55,949 nucleotides of DNA from Alphaproteobacteria bacterium (lineage in GTDB: Bacteria > Pseudomonadota > Alphaproteobacteria > RF32 > CAG-239), in assembly GCA_016288295.1 (NCBI GenBank), contig JAEEYV010000061.1:1-55949 (forward strand). The letters are read 5' to 3'. The notes beneath the pieces were generated by a model. That model saw nothing but the letters and a program-made list of their open reading frames with translations. It ran no database searches and was not told the DNA's origin. Every line of letters begins with the position of its first letter. Position 1 is the first letter of the stretch. Positions 28,859-39,023 of this stretch are shown here, one piece after another. Position numbers and translations under genes: made by a program.

Positions 28859-29608
28859 ATGTCAAAATTAAAATTGTTTTTATTGTGTCTTTCAGCATTA
28901 TTAATGCTCAATGCCTGCGCATCTTCATCATCAAAAGACAAAGAAGAGCAAATTTCGGTCGAAAGATTGTATAATCGTGCTCATAAGCAACTTGAAAAGA
29001 CCAAATACAAAGAAGCTGCTGAAACTTTTGAAAAAGTTGAACTTGAATATCCTTATTCTAAATGGGCAACCGATGCCAAAATCATGGGCGCTTATGCCTA
29101 TTACAAAAATGAAAGTTACGACGAAGCAATTATGGCTTTAGACCGTTTTATCCGTTTTCACCCCGGCAACGAAAACATTGACTATGCATACTACCTAAAA
29201 GCTATGTGCTATTTTGACCAAATATCCGATTCTAACCGCAATCAGGGCGAAACCACCAAAGCTCTTGATGCTCTCAATCAGTTGGTTATGCGTTTTCCAA
29301 ATTCGAAATATGCCGCCGATGCCAAACAAAAAATTATTTTTGCTAACGGCAATTTGGCCGGACAAGAAATGGAAATCGGACGTTATTACCTAAAACAACG
29401 CAACTATTTGTCGGCTCTTAACCGTTTTTCAAACGTAGTCAACAATTATCAGACTACCGATTATATTGAAGAAGCTCTTTATCGCCAGGTTGAAGTTTAT
29501 AAAATTTTAGGTTTAGCCGAAGAAGCTTCATCAGCTTTCAAAGTTTTGCAATACAACTATCCCAAAAGCTCATGGACAGCCAAATCTGCGGAGCTAATCA
29601 AAGGCTAA
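28859..29608 (+). CDS. bamD: Outer membrane protein assembly factor BamD
   Basis: Lipobox LMLNA|C. TPR-like repeats ...FEKVELEYPYSKWATDAKIMGAYAYYKNESYDEAIMALDRFIRFHP... typical of BamD/YfiO. Confidence 0.8.
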   Translation: MSKLKLFLLCLSALLMLNACASSSSKDKEEQISVERLYNRAHKQLEKTKYKEAAETFEKVELEYPYSKWATDAKIMGAYAYYKNESYDEAIMALDRFIRFHPGNENIDYAYYLKAMCYFDQISDSNRNQGETTKALDALNQLVMRFPNSKYAADAKQKIIFANGNLAGQEMEIGRYYLKQRNYLSALNRFSNVVNNYQTTDYIEEALYRQVEVYKILGLAEEASSAFKVLQYNYPKSSWTAKSAELIKG

Positions 29609-29611
29609 ACA

Positions 29612-31276
29612 ATGCTTGAAAGTCTGTCCGTTCGTAATGTCGTGCTGATCGACAAACTCGATTTAGAGTTTGCCGACGGACTTACCATATTGAGCGGAGA
29701 GACCGGGGCCGGAAAATCTATTTTGCTCGATTCACTTGGACTTGTTCTTGGACAGCGTGCTGATATATCGCTGATGCGTAGCGGCACGGACAAACTTTCG
29801 GTTACGGCGGTTTTTACCAAACCGTCAAAAGACAGTCCTTTAACGGCGTTGGCCGCAGAAAACGACTTAGAAATAGATGATTCCTTGGTAATCAAACGCA
29901 CTCTAGGTACTGATGGCAAAAGCAAGATTTTTATTAATGATCAGCCGGTTTCGCTAAAGTTGCTCAAAGAGTTCGGCGCTCATCTTGTTGAAATTCACGG
30001 TCAATTTGACAATCAAGGTTTGCTCAATCCGGCAACCCACTTATCAATTCTCGACGGTTATGGCAGATATACTGCGCAAACCGTAAAAGTCGCTGATGCC
30101 TACAAACAGTACACGGTAGCCAAACAGGCTCGCGTATTGGCTGAAAAAAATTTGGCCAAATCTCGTGAGGACGAAGAAAATCTCCGTCATTGGGTAGATG
30201 AACTCCAAAAACTGAAACCCGTTGCCGGCGAAGAAAATGAACTCACCCAGCGCCGAAATGAGATTATGAACAGCGAAAAACTAATTGAAAGCCTCAATGT
30301 TGCCTATGGCTCTTTAACCCAGGGGGCAGATATTTTATCTGCGGTCCGTCATGCACAGTCGGCTATTGATCGTGCCAACACCCTGGTTAACGGCAAATAT
30401 CAGGATATTGTTGATGTTTTGGAACAAACGTTAGTCAATGCCGATGAAGCCATTCGCCAGATTGAAGATGTCAGTTCATCTTTCAACTACAATCAGAACG
30501 AAGCCGATAATATCGAACAACGTCTTTTTGCCCTGCGTGCGGCCGCTCGCAAGCACGGAACCGATATTGACGGGCTTCCGCAAAAACTGCAGGAAATGCA
30601 ACAACAATTATCATCAATTGAGTTGGGTGAAGACGGTTTGCTAGCTCTTAAAAAAGAAGAAGATGCCTTGCGCCTTCAATATATTGAAAAAGCCCGTGGT
30701 CTGAGTGCTTGCCGTCGCAAAGTCGCACTTGAACTTGATAAAAAGATTATGCGTGAACTTCCCCCGCTCAAAATGGAAAAGGCCCGTTTTGTAACTCAAA
30801 TTACCGAACTGCCTGAAAGTGGTTGGAATGCACAGGGGATTGATGATGTTTGTTTTACGGTTACCACCAACCCCAATTCTCCCCAAGGTCCGTTAAACAA
30901 AATTGCATCAGGTGGTGAATTGGCGCGTTTTATGCTGGCTCTCAAAGTCAATTTAATTAATTCCGCCAACGATATAACCATGATTTTTGACGAGGTTGAT
31001 GCCGGTGTCGGCGGAGCCACGGCTCAGGCAGTAGGCAGTCGGCTCAAAACTTTAGCTCAAAACGTTCAGGTCTTAATTGTTACCCATTCTCCGCAAGTTG
31101 CCTCTTGTGGCGATCATCATTTTAAAGTTGAAAAGAAAACCAAAAATAATATAACTACAACCTATGTTAACGAGCTTTCGCCAGCGGAACGCAAAGAAGA
31201 AATTGCCCGCATGCTTGCCGGTGAAGTTATTACCGACGAGGCGAGAGCTGCAGCCAAAGTTTTAATAAATTCATGA
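29612..31276 (+). CDS. recN: DNA repair protein RecN
   Basis: N-terminal Walker A LSGETGAGKSILLDSL. Long coiled-coil middle. C-terminal SGGELARFMLALK and MIFDEVDAGVGG. Confidence 0.9.
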   Translation: MLESLSVRNVVLIDKLDLEFADGLTILSGETGAGKSILLDSLGLVLGQRADISLMRSGTDKLSVTAVFTKPSKDSPLTALAAENDLEIDDSLVIKRTLGTDGKSKIFINDQPVSLKLLKEFGAHLVEIHGQFDNQGLLNPATHLSILDGYGRYTAQTVKVADAYKQYTVAKQARVLAEKNLAKSREDEENLRHWVDELQKLKPVAGEENELTQRRNEIMNSEKLIESLNVAYGSLTQGADILSAVRHAQSAIDRANTLVNGKYQDIVDVLEQTLVNADEAIRQIEDVSSSFNYNQNEADNIEQRLFALRAAARKHGTDIDGLPQKLQEMQQQLSSIELGEDGLLALKKEEDALRLQYIEKARGLSACRRKVALELDKKIMRELPPLKMEKARFVTQITELPESGWNAQGIDDVCFTVTTNPNSPQGPLNKIASGGELARFMLALKVNLINSANDITMIFDEVDAGVGGATAQAVGSRLKTLAQNVQVLIVTHSPQVASCGDHHFKVEKKTKNNITTTYVNELSPAERKEEIARMLAGEVITDEARAAAKVLINS

Positions 31277-31286
31277 GGAAAAGATA

Positions 31287-32726
31287 ATGAAAGTAAGAAC
31301 TCGTTTTGCTCCATCACCTACCGGATATATGCATATTGGCAATCTGCGTACTGCTTTGTACGAATATTTAATTGCCAAGTCGCAGGGCGGAGATTTTTTG
31401 TTGCGTATAGAAGATACTGACCAAAAACGCTACGTTGAAGGTTCTACCGACATTATCTATAACACTCTCAAAACCGTGCATATGGATTGGGACGAAGGTC
31501 CTGATATCGGCGGTAACTACGGACCATACGTCCAGTCCGAGCGTCGTCCGATTTACAAAGAATATGCCCAAAAACTGGTTGAACTCGGCGGAGCTCATTA
31601 TTGTTTTTGTGCTGCTCACGATGACGAAGACGATGGCGATGACGAAAACAAAATTCCTACCAAATTTAAAGATCCGTGCAAACGCATTCCTCTTGAAGAG
31701 GCCAAAGCTCGTGTTGCCGCTGGTGAACCTTATACCATTCGTCAGACCATCAACAAAAAGGGAGTTTCGCACTTTCATGACGAAGTGTACGGCGATATTG
31801 AGATTGACTATGATGAGCTTGATGAGGGCGTTTTGCTCAAGACCGACGGTCTCCCGACCTACAATTTTGCCAATGTGGTTGATGACCACCTTATGGGCAT
31901 TACCCACGTTGTCCGCGGCAATGAATATATTTCATCAACTCCGAAATATAACTTGATTTACGAGGCTTTCGGCTGGACACCGCCGATATATGTCCACGTG
32001 CCGCCGGTTATGAAAGACGCACAGCACAAACTGAGTAAACGCAACGGCGATGCCTCTTTCCAAGACTTGGTTGCCAAAGGTTATCTGCCGGAAGCCATTT
32101 TGAACTACATTGCCTTATTGGGGTGGAACCCGGGAACTGATCAAGAGATTTTTTCACTTGATGAGCTCAAAAAGTGCTTTACTGCCGAGCGTTTGAACAA
32201 ATCTCCGGCAATATTTGATATTGTAAAACTGACCTGGATGAATGGCTGCTACATTCGCGAACTTTCCGCTGAAAAATTCCATGAAATGGCTATGCCTTAC
32301 TACCAAAAATACCTTACAAGAAAACTCAATTTGCCGATGTTGAGCAAAGTTTTGCAGCCACGTATCGAAACTCTTGGCGATATTGAAAACCAAACCGATT
32401 TTTTGGAAAAAATGCCGGAATACAGCTTAGAACTTTACACCAACAAAAAAATGAAAACCGATATTGATATTGCTAAAAAAACTTTGGCTTTAACGCTACC
32501 GGCTCTTCAAAACGTATCTGATTGGAGCAATGAAAACCTGTTTGAGCAGCTTAAAAATCTGGCGGCTGCAAATGAGCTTAAAAACGGGCAAATTCTTTAC
32601 CCGTTGCGCATAGCTTTGAGTGGTAAAGAAACCACCTCTGGCGGCGCCACCGAAATTGCCACCATTTTGGGTCAGGAAGAAACCTTAAAACGCATTCAAC
32701 AAGCATTACAAAAATTAGGAGCTTAA
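31287..32726 (+). CDS. gltX: Glutamate--tRNA ligase
   Basis: RFAPSPTGYMHIGNLRTAL (HIGH motif) and KLSKRNG (KMSKS motif). Confidence 0.95.
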   Translation: MKVRTRFAPSPTGYMHIGNLRTALYEYLIAKSQGGDFLLRIEDTDQKRYVEGSTDIIYNTLKTVHMDWDEGPDIGGNYGPYVQSERRPIYKEYAQKLVELGGAHYCFCAAHDDEDDGDDENKIPTKFKDPCKRIPLEEAKARVAAGEPYTIRQTINKKGVSHFHDEVYGDIEIDYDELDEGVLLKTDGLPTYNFANVVDDHLMGITHVVRGNEYISSTPKYNLIYEAFGWTPPIYVHVPPVMKDAQHKLSKRNGDASFQDLVAKGYLPEAILNYIALLGWNPGTDQEIFSLDELKKCFTAERLNKSPAIFDIVKLTWMNGCYIRELSAEKFHEMAMPYYQKYLTRKLNLPMLSKVLQPRIETLGDIENQTDFLEKMPEYSLELYTNKKMKTDIDIAKKTLALTLPALQNVSDWSNENLFEQLKNLAAANELKNGQILYPLRIALSGKETTSGGATEIATILGQEETLKRIQQALQKLGA

Positions 32727-32729
32727 ACT

Positions 32730-33119
32730 ATGAAAGAAGTCGGAACCGGCGTTATTGTTCACAATGGTAAAGTTTTTATCGGTCAGCGCCCCGAAGGCAA
32801 GCCTTTGGCCGGACTTTGGGAATTTCCGGGCGGCAAACAAGAGCAGGGTGAAAGCATAGAAGACTGCCTAAAGCGCGAACTCCGTGAGGAACTCAGCGTT
32901 GAAGCCACAATCGGCAAACATATAATGGATACGACTTACCGTTACCCCGAGAACGAGTTTCGTCTGCACGTTTATATGGTAACCATTCCCGACAATGCAC
33001 AAATCAAGCTTAATGTTCACCAAAACTCCGCCTGGGTAAGCCCCAAGGAAATGAATAACTACGAGTTTCCGCCCGCAGATGTTGCCATCATCAAAAAATT
33101 GCAGGACATTGATTTATAA
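32730..33119 (+). CDS. mutT: NUDIX hydrolase (MutT-like 8-oxo-dGTP diphosphatase)
   Basis: Nudix box GGKQEQGESIEDCLKRELREELSV. Confidence 0.8.
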   Translation: MKEVGTGVIVHNGKVFIGQRPEGKPLAGLWEFPGGKQEQGESIEDCLKRELREELSVEATIGKHIMDTTYRYPENEFRLHVYMVTIPDNAQIKLNVHQNSAWVSPKEMNNYEFPPADVAIIKKLQDIDL

Positions 33120-34646
33120 GCCAGATCTATTCCTACACTGATTTACAATTATATTTTGTAATTCTGTTCCGTTCAGAGCATTTTTAACAATTTTTTGTGT
33201 TGAGGGAGAGACCTGCTCAAGCATCTTTTCATCAAATTGGAAATTTTGCATTTCCAGTCCATGCTTAATACATGCCGAATATATCCTTAATTTCAAATCT
33301 AAACTAACTTCATCACTAAAACGTACTGCCTTATGCCCACTATTCTTAGCATTTAATATCAAGTCTTCATAAATTTTATTACCAGTAGAAGTTTTATTGC
33401 ATTTTACGGAAACTTTATGGGAAGTTTCATATATAATATGGTTATCATTTTCATCCTTAACTTCTAGATGTTCATTCTCTGTTTTGCATAGATATCTGTG
33501 TGTCCTATTCTCATAAAAATCTTGATATTGTTTTAACCAACCACGACATACTTCCGTATTCTTTTTTTCAATGAATGAATGAGATGCTCTTTCCGTAATT
33601 TCTAATACAAAATTGCGTAAATCATCTTCAATGTTATCAAGAGAATTTTCTAAAAGAAAACCTAATCCATCTTTAACTCCGCCGATCGTTGTAGAAACAC
33701 GAACACTGTTGAGATTAGCGGGAAATCGTTGTTTTTTTAACTCAAAAAATAACTTGTTCAATATATGACAATGGCCAATAAAACCATTCTGATCTTGCTC
33801 ATTAAGCCAATATTTTTCACTTGGGATGTTTTCTTTGTGTACAATAATTTCCCTCAACTTGGCCACAAAACGAGGCACAGACATTTTCTGTTGTTTTAAC
33901 ATCGTAATTTTAGGGTTAAATCTTGGGGGGGTATATTCTGCTGAAATTACTCTGGCTGCAGCGGTAGAATTTATCACACATGCTATGGAATCGTCTATAA
34001 TAAAACTAGATTTTTGAATTTGCTTTAAAAAATCTTTAACAGCTTGATAATATATAGCATTTTCATCTTTCGTATCATATCTTTTAGTGCCAAAAGGCAA
34101 AGAAACTGTGGCAACTATTGATGGTGGTCGTGATGATAAATCAGCCAAGGATATTTCCGTGCTACCCCCACCGCTCTCTATATACAAAACATTCTTAGCT
34201 GTTAATTTATCGGCTGGAATTTCTTGTAGTCCTCCAATTACAGATAAATATGCTTCTCTTTTAGGCGATATAATATGAATCCTTCGTCCAGTTTCTTGAA
34301 AGACAGTGTCATTGATTTCTTGCTGGTTAGTTGATGTCCGAAAGCCTTCTGTTGCACATATATAAACTTTTGATCTACTTATATTATTATTTGATGCTTC
34401 TTCCATAAATTCTTGTAAATATTTTAGAACCTCATCCTTGTCTAAATTGTCAAAGCCGCTGCTAGACAGAAACTTATTACGAAGAGTTATGTACTTACCA
34501 TTGCTGAATAACTTACATTTTATAGCATTAGTTCCAATATCTATAACGCAAAAGTTGTTTTGAATCGACACATCACTTCTCCTGATAACCCTTCCCGAAT
34601 TAAGTATACAATAATATGTTTTTTTGTCAAATAAAAATCGATTCAA
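33114..34646 (-). CDS. Ppx/GppA-family (ASKHA) ATPase/phosphatase domain fused to an unrelated ~200-aa C-terminal region
   Basis: TTG start. VIDIGTNAIKCKLF, YICATEGFRTSTN, IHIISPKREAYLSVIGG and LYIESGGGSTEISL match the four Ppx/GppA N-domain motifs. The C-terminal part lacks the usual helical or HD-like domain. Visibly low G+C. Confidence 0.6.
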   Translation of the reverse strand: MNRFLFDKKTYYCILNSGRVIRRSDVSIQNNFCVIDIGTNAIKCKLFSNGKYITLRNKFLSSSGFDNLDKDEVLKYLQEFMEEASNNNISRSKVYICATEGFRTSTNQQEINDTVFQETGRRIHIISPKREAYLSVIGGLQEIPADKLTAKNVLYIESGGGSTEISLADLSSRPPSIVATVSLPFGTKRYDTKDENAIYYQAVKDFLKQIQKSSFIIDDSIACVINSTAAARVISAEYTPPRFNPKITMLKQQKMSVPRFVAKLREIIVHKENIPSEKYWLNEQDQNGFIGHCHILNKLFFELKKQRFPANLNSVRVSTTIGGVKDGLGFLLENSLDNIEDDLRNFVLEITERASHSFIEKKNTEVCRGWLKQYQDFYENRTHRYLCKTENEHLEVKDENDNHIIYETSHKVSVKCNKTSTGNKIYEDLILNAKNSGHKAVRFSDEVSLDLKLRIYSACIKHGLEMQNFQFDEKMLEQVSPSTQKIVKNALNGTELQNIIVNQCRNRSGL

Positions 34647-34797
34647 AATATCAAAGCATGTCGCAACTCTTGTATTAATAATTATATCAGCCTTAAGGGG
34701 AAAAAGATGCTAGTTTATGACAAAATGCAACAAGATTACAAGTATAATCATTTTGGTCCAGTGGCATATAACACATTTTTTTAGTGTTGAGTTTTTA

Positions 34798-35064
34798 CTA
34801 TTTTTGTTTGCGATTGACCACAATCATATACAAAATGATAGTGGCAAAAAACAGCGATAATGAATTGAAAATTATCATTTGAGCCGAATGCAGATATACG
34901 CCGTATAAAATCCACGACAAAACCCCGGTGCAATAAATTACATAGCTTAACAAAGACAACCCGCTGACATTGCGCGATTTAATAGTTTGTATTGTCTGCG
35001 GCAAAAAGCAAATTGCCGTGCAAACACCGGCCAAATAGCCCAAAAACTCTCCGATAAAATGCAT
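34798..35064 (-). CDS. SemiSWEET / PQ-loop small sugar transporter
   Basis: 88 aa with three transmembrane helices and a PQ motif (CFLPQTIQTIKSRN). Confidence 0.75.
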   Translation of the reverse strand: MHFIGEFLGYLAGVCTAICFLPQTIQTIKSRNVSGLSLLSYVIYCTGVLSWILYGVYLHSAQMIIFNSLSLFFATIILYMIVVNRKQK

Positions 35065-35068
35065 AATT

Positions 35069-35716
35069 TTATTCTTTTTCTTCTGTAATATTTTCTACTA
35101 CGTCTTTAACTTTTTCAACCGTATTTTCAACCACTTCTTCAACAGCTTCTGCGGCTTCTGTTATTTTTTGGGTCAAATTTGTTGCTGTCGGATTACATTT
35201 TTCCAACAATTCATCAACCGAAAATACTCCCATAGATCTTGTTTCAGGCTCGCATTTGCAATCCATTTCAATTGATTTTGGACGATCAAACGGAACATAG
35301 TTTTTAGTATTTTTTACAAACTGAGCCCCTTTATATTGCTTCCAATTTTCACCATTGATAAAAGCCCAACGGTCATGAGTGTTCAAGACATGATAATTAG
35401 CAACGACCTCAATTTGCAAATCAGGATCTGCACCATGAGCAATAGCAAACTCAGCCATTTGCTGTTTGCAATAAACGGCGGCAACAGCCAAAGCCCAATC
35501 TTTATCAGCTCGTTTGCTCAAAGTATTGAAATATTGTTCAAAAGAGGCCTGTGAACCATAATTTTTATTCAAACTTGCAACATGTTTTTCTATATCCTGT
35601 TCCTTAAAGGCAATAAAACCTTTGAACAGCAAGAAACATCCCAAAGCAAGAGATAATATCAAAACTATAAAATTTAAAGTACCGAAAGGAGCCTTTTGGG
35701 TCATTGCAACCTCCAC
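35069..35716 (-). CDS. Membrane-anchored hypothetical protein with an acidic C-terminal tail
   Basis: One N-terminal transmembrane helix (LNFIVLILSLALGCFLLF). C-terminal E/V-rich repeats. Its stop lies 4 nt upstream of the SemiSWEET start (operonic). Confidence 0.5.
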   Translation of the reverse strand: MEVAMTQKAPFGTLNFIVLILSLALGCFLLFKGFIAFKEQDIEKHVASLNKNYGSQASFEQYFNTLSKRADKDWALAVAAVYCKQQMAEFAIAHGADPDLQIEVVANYHVLNTHDRWAFINGENWKQYKGAQFVKNTKNYVPFDRPKSIEMDCKCEPETRSMGVFSVDELLEKCNPTATNLTQKITEAAEAVEEVVENTVEKVKDVVENITEEKE

Positions 35717-35786
35717 AACAAAATTATTTCACACCCAAAACTCTACTCTGGCTGTTTTGAAAAGTCAAAACAAAAATTTTGCCTTT

Positions 35787-35819
35787 AAAACAGCAAAAGG
35801 CTTCTCATACTGAGAAACC
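35787..35819 (-). terminator. 15-bp stem terminator after ORF 35833-36483
   Basis: gcaaaaggcttctca-tac-tgagaaaccttttgc. The single imperfect position is a U-G pair on the minus strand only. A U-rich tract follows. Confidence 0.5.
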
Positions 35820-35832
35820 TTTTGCCTTAAAG

Positions 35833-36483
35833 TTACTCCTTTTCCACCAGAAAGAGCCTAACGCCCCACCTTCGCGGGGTATTGCTTTGTGACGTAGATG
35901 AGAGATAACCGAAATTTCTGTTCTGTGAAACCAATAAATCTCCTCTCAAGTGAGACAAAACACTTTGTACCGGCTGCGTCACCAGAGACAAATCATAATC
36001 AGATGGAACCTTCCATTGGTAACCCGGCGGAACCGGCAACTTCTTAATCAGGTTTTTTACCTCGTTAATTTGCCTGTTTTTGCAAAGATCTTTCGTCGCC
36101 ATAACCAACAGTGGCTCACCTCGGATCACAACCCCGATAGGATTGTTTTTCCAATACATCACGGTAAACCCTAGCACTGTTCTCCAACTGATATCGCTAT
36201 CTGCCGGGCTCTTGTCTTGTGCTTGAGGTGTTGCAGGTGTTGCAGATGATGTTGAAGTCTTTATTCTTTTCAATGAATCTGCAAGCTCATTACAGTAACC
36301 ATTTGCCCCGGCAACTCGCTCGACAAATGTAAAAAAGTCGTCCTTATCAACCTTTCCTTCCTTGCCGTTCAGCAGAGCGTTCAACGTTGCATCCCCCGAT
36401 GAGACAAGAAGTGAAAACAGCTGAGTCAACTTGTCGATAGCTGGTTTGCCACCGGCCAATACTTGTTCAATTAAATCATTCAT
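35833..36483 (-). CDS. Hypothetical protein; C-terminal half weakly DUF1566 (Lcl C-terminal)-like
   Basis: I prefer the ATG at 36481-36483 (MNDLIEQVLAGG) over the TTG at 36555. PPGYQWKVPSDYDLSLV and FGYLSSTS....RRWGVRLF resemble the DUF1566 pattern (G..dWRLPt..EL ... YWSSt......w.v.f). S/T/P-rich linker in the middle. Confidence 0.45.
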   Translation of the reverse strand: MNDLIEQVLAGGKPAIDKLTQLFSLLVSSGDATLNALLNGKEGKVDKDDFFTFVERVAGANGYCNELADSLKRIKTSTSSATPATPQAQDKSPADSDISWRTVLGFTVMYWKNNPIGVVIRGEPLLVMATKDLCKNRQINEVKNLIKKLPVPPGYQWKVPSDYDLSLVTQPVQSVLSHLRGDLLVSQNRNFGYLSSTSQSNTPRRWGVRLFLVEKE

Positions 36484-36566
36484 AATAATCACTTTTGCTA
36501 AGTTAATAATAATTTTTTGATATTTTTTTATAGCTGATGACGTATTTTTCGTCAAGCATAAAAGGT

Positions 36567-38876
36567 CTAACGCATTTTTTTCTTCAACCTGCTAAGAAAA
36601 TTCAATCTTTTTTTAGGTGCTTGAATAGGAAGAGCAATTTCTTGTCCGTTAATCACAAGCCTTTCTAAATTGCGACATCTTGAAATACTTTTAATACAAG
36701 CCTTTGTGCACTTACAATTTTCATCGATTTCAAGCACTCTTAAATTAGGATACTGTGCAAAGTCGACATCAAACCCATTAACGTTCATGTATCTAAGATA
36801 AATTTCTTCAATTTTTTGAGGAAACAAAATACGTTCCAAATTTGGAGCATTTGCCACCTGACCCAATAATATACCCAAGAAAGGATATCCTGATGCTACT
36901 GTCGGATTTGCGACTTTGGCCATAAAATCATCCAAATTTCCATAAACAAGACTAAGTTTGTTGCCTATTATTTTACCAAAACAAGTACAATCCACAGCCC
37001 TCAAATCAACTTCTTTCAATTTATAAAATGAACAAGTATCTCCGATCATTACTTGAAGTGATGATGGTAATATAATTTTTTCTGTATCCAAAGTAGCTGA
37101 GCCACCAAATTCAAGAGCAAACAATTTCTTACAGTCTGATAAATCCAAAACCTTAGGAGTTTTTACTTTTCCGGACAATTTAATTTTTTCAATATTTTCA
37201 AAATCGAATCCTTCGGACAAGCCACCGCACTCCAATTCTCTTAAATGTGGAAATCGCCCCGAAAAAACAAATGAAGTCTCAACTCGTTCTATACTCTTAG
37301 GCAATTCTACTCCTTGTAGCAAGGGGAACTCCCCACTCATCACAAACTTTTCAAGCTTATCAGATAATACTAGCTTCCTTAAATAAGGAAAATCTCCACT
37401 CATCTCAAGAGCTTTTAAACTGTCTGGTAAATTTAGCTCGTTTATGGAAAAATTTCCTTCTATATGGAGTGTTTCCAGGTTTTCCGAAAGTTGTAGCTCC
37501 GATAAAGCTGGAAAATTTTTAGATAATTCAAGTGTTCTTATACCTTTTGGCAGGACCAGTTTTGATAAAGAAGGAAAATCTCCTTGTATTTTAAGAGCCT
37601 CAAGCCCTTCCGGTAATACAAATTCTTGCATTGTCACGGATTTTCCGGACATTGATATTTTGCTAAACGGGACATTGGAAAAGTCTATTTTATTTGTGTT
37701 AGAATTTTCACCGATTTGAAAGTTTATTTTTCTGATGTTTTTTGTTTTTGATAAGGCTCGTAATGTATTTTCTGAAATTTCGCTATTTAAGCGTAATTCA
37801 TCAACATTAATATTATCAAAATTGATTTGCTCACAATATTCTGCGCGCATAGCTAATGATTTAATGTTAGTCCGTTCAATTCCCAGCAAATCACATTCAT
37901 TTTCTCCCTCATCTAAAATAAAACCGAGATTATTTTTTTCTGATTCAGCAATCTGAGCATCACTCAAACTATCAGCGTTTAACAAAACACAAGCCATACG
38001 ACGCGCAGCAAGCATATAACGTGGCTCAATTATACCATCGTAAGGACCTTTAATCTGTTTAATTTTACCGTCACTAAACTCCATTGTTGCATGTGGCAGA
38101 CATTCTTGGTCAGGCGAGGCTATATCTCTTAGAGAAAAAATTGCAGTTTCATTTTTAGCAACTCTATCAGCATATGAACCAACGCAATGATGCATAGCCG
38201 CACCTTCGTAATTTAGGGCACATTTTTCAAATAATTGTACGACTTGAAGTTTAAGTTCCGGAAAAGTGGCAATAACCTTTCCACTATGGCTGTTTTGGAT
38301 TTTATTGCCTTTTTTGCGCTCTGATGAGTTCAACTCTTCAAAATATGCATCAGCAACTTTTCGTAACTCACCAAAATCTTTGCAATCTTTATGCAATTTT
38401 ACAAAGTATCGATGGCTTAGCACTTTTTGGGAGTTACGTGCGATATAGTCATTAATATAATCTCTTATATGCACTAATTCTTGATATGCCTGCGAATTTT
38501 GAAATTCTTGAGTTGCAAAGGACATATTACTTTTAATACCGTGGATTTTTGCTTCTTCTAACAAATATTTATTAACCAATGCTACCATGCACAAATAGCA
38601 TCGAACATTATAGTCAAGATCAGAAAAACTATTTTGTTGCCTTTGATTTATCAGTTCATCGCGACTATGTACCATATCTTTGCGTTGTTGTTCGAGAGCT
38701 TGTCTTTGTTGCGCATCTGAAGAATGATTTATGTGATATGCGTTTTTTCTAATTTGCAAATTTAATTGTTTAAGTTGATATGAATTTTGCAACGCATAAA
38801 ATTGTTCGGCTTTTTCAATTACATCAGCCGGAAATAAAGAAGTATTGTCTTTGATAAAATTTGCAAAATTTTCCAT
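36567..38876 (-). CDS. PcfJ-like domain protein fused to about 10 leucine-rich repeats
   Basis: Start at MENFANFIK (ATG 38874-38876). YEGAAMHHCVGSYADRVAKNETAIFSLRD matches the PcfJ-like core motif as I recall it. The C-terminal half has 22-23-aa repeats LP.(G/S)L..L.(I/M).G.FP.L..L.L, which are FNIP/BspA-type LRR-like. Confidence 0.6.
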   Translation of the reverse strand: MENFANFIKDNTSLFPADVIEKAEQFYALQNSYQLKQLNLQIRKNAYHINHSSDAQQRQALEQQRKDMVHSRDELINQRQQNSFSDLDYNVRCYLCMVALVNKYLLEEAKIHGIKSNMSFATQEFQNSQAYQELVHIRDYINDYIARNSQKVLSHRYFVKLHKDCKDFGELRKVADAYFEELNSSERKKGNKIQNSHSGKVIATFPELKLQVVQLFEKCALNYEGAAMHHCVGSYADRVAKNETAIFSLRDIASPDQECLPHATMEFSDGKIKQIKGPYDGIIEPRYMLAARRMACVLLNADSLSDAQIAESEKNNLGFILDEGENECDLLGIERTNIKSLAMRAEYCEQINFDNINVDELRLNSEISENTLRALSKTKNIRKINFQIGENSNTNKIDFSNVPFSKISMSGKSVTMQEFVLPEGLEALKIQGDFPSLSKLVLPKGIRTLELSKNFPALSELQLSENLETLHIEGNFSINELNLPDSLKALEMSGDFPYLRKLVLSDKLEKFVMSGEFPLLQGVELPKSIERVETSFVFSGRFPHLRELECGGLSEGFDFENIEKIKLSGKVKTPKVLDLSDCKKLFALEFGGSATLDTEKIILPSSLQVMIGDTCSFYKLKEVDLRAVDCTCFGKIIGNKLSLVYGNLDDFMAKVANPTVASGYPFLGILLGQVANAPNLERILFPQKIEEIYLRYMNVNGFDVDFAQYPNLRVLEIDENCKCTKACIKSISRCRNLERLVINGQEIALPIQAPKKRLNFLSRLKKKMR

Positions 38877-39023
38877 TAGTCCCTCAGTTTCTCGACAAAT
38901 ATAAAGCAAAAGATCATTTTTGTCAAGCAAAAAGAAATATATTGACAAAATTGCAAAGCGATTTATTATAAACCCGCAAAATCAATTATTAGCATTAATT
39001 AACTTTCCAATAAAAATCAAATT

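Noticed and set aside
34647-34797. A 25-codon ORF (MLVYDKMQQDYKYNHFGPVAYNTFF) with a GGGGA upstream, as a possible leader peptide or small toxin.
   Set aside because: It is too short to support without conservation or expression data, and it has no hydrophobic or charged pattern suggestive of a known small toxin.
36900-37750. Periodic ~66-69-bp DNA repeats that could be mistaken for a CRISPR or satellite array.
   Set aside because: The periodicity is in frame within ORF 36567-38876 and encodes the leucine-rich repeats. The repeats are degenerate at the DNA level and have no unique spacers. No CRISPR array or cas gene was seen anywhere in the window.
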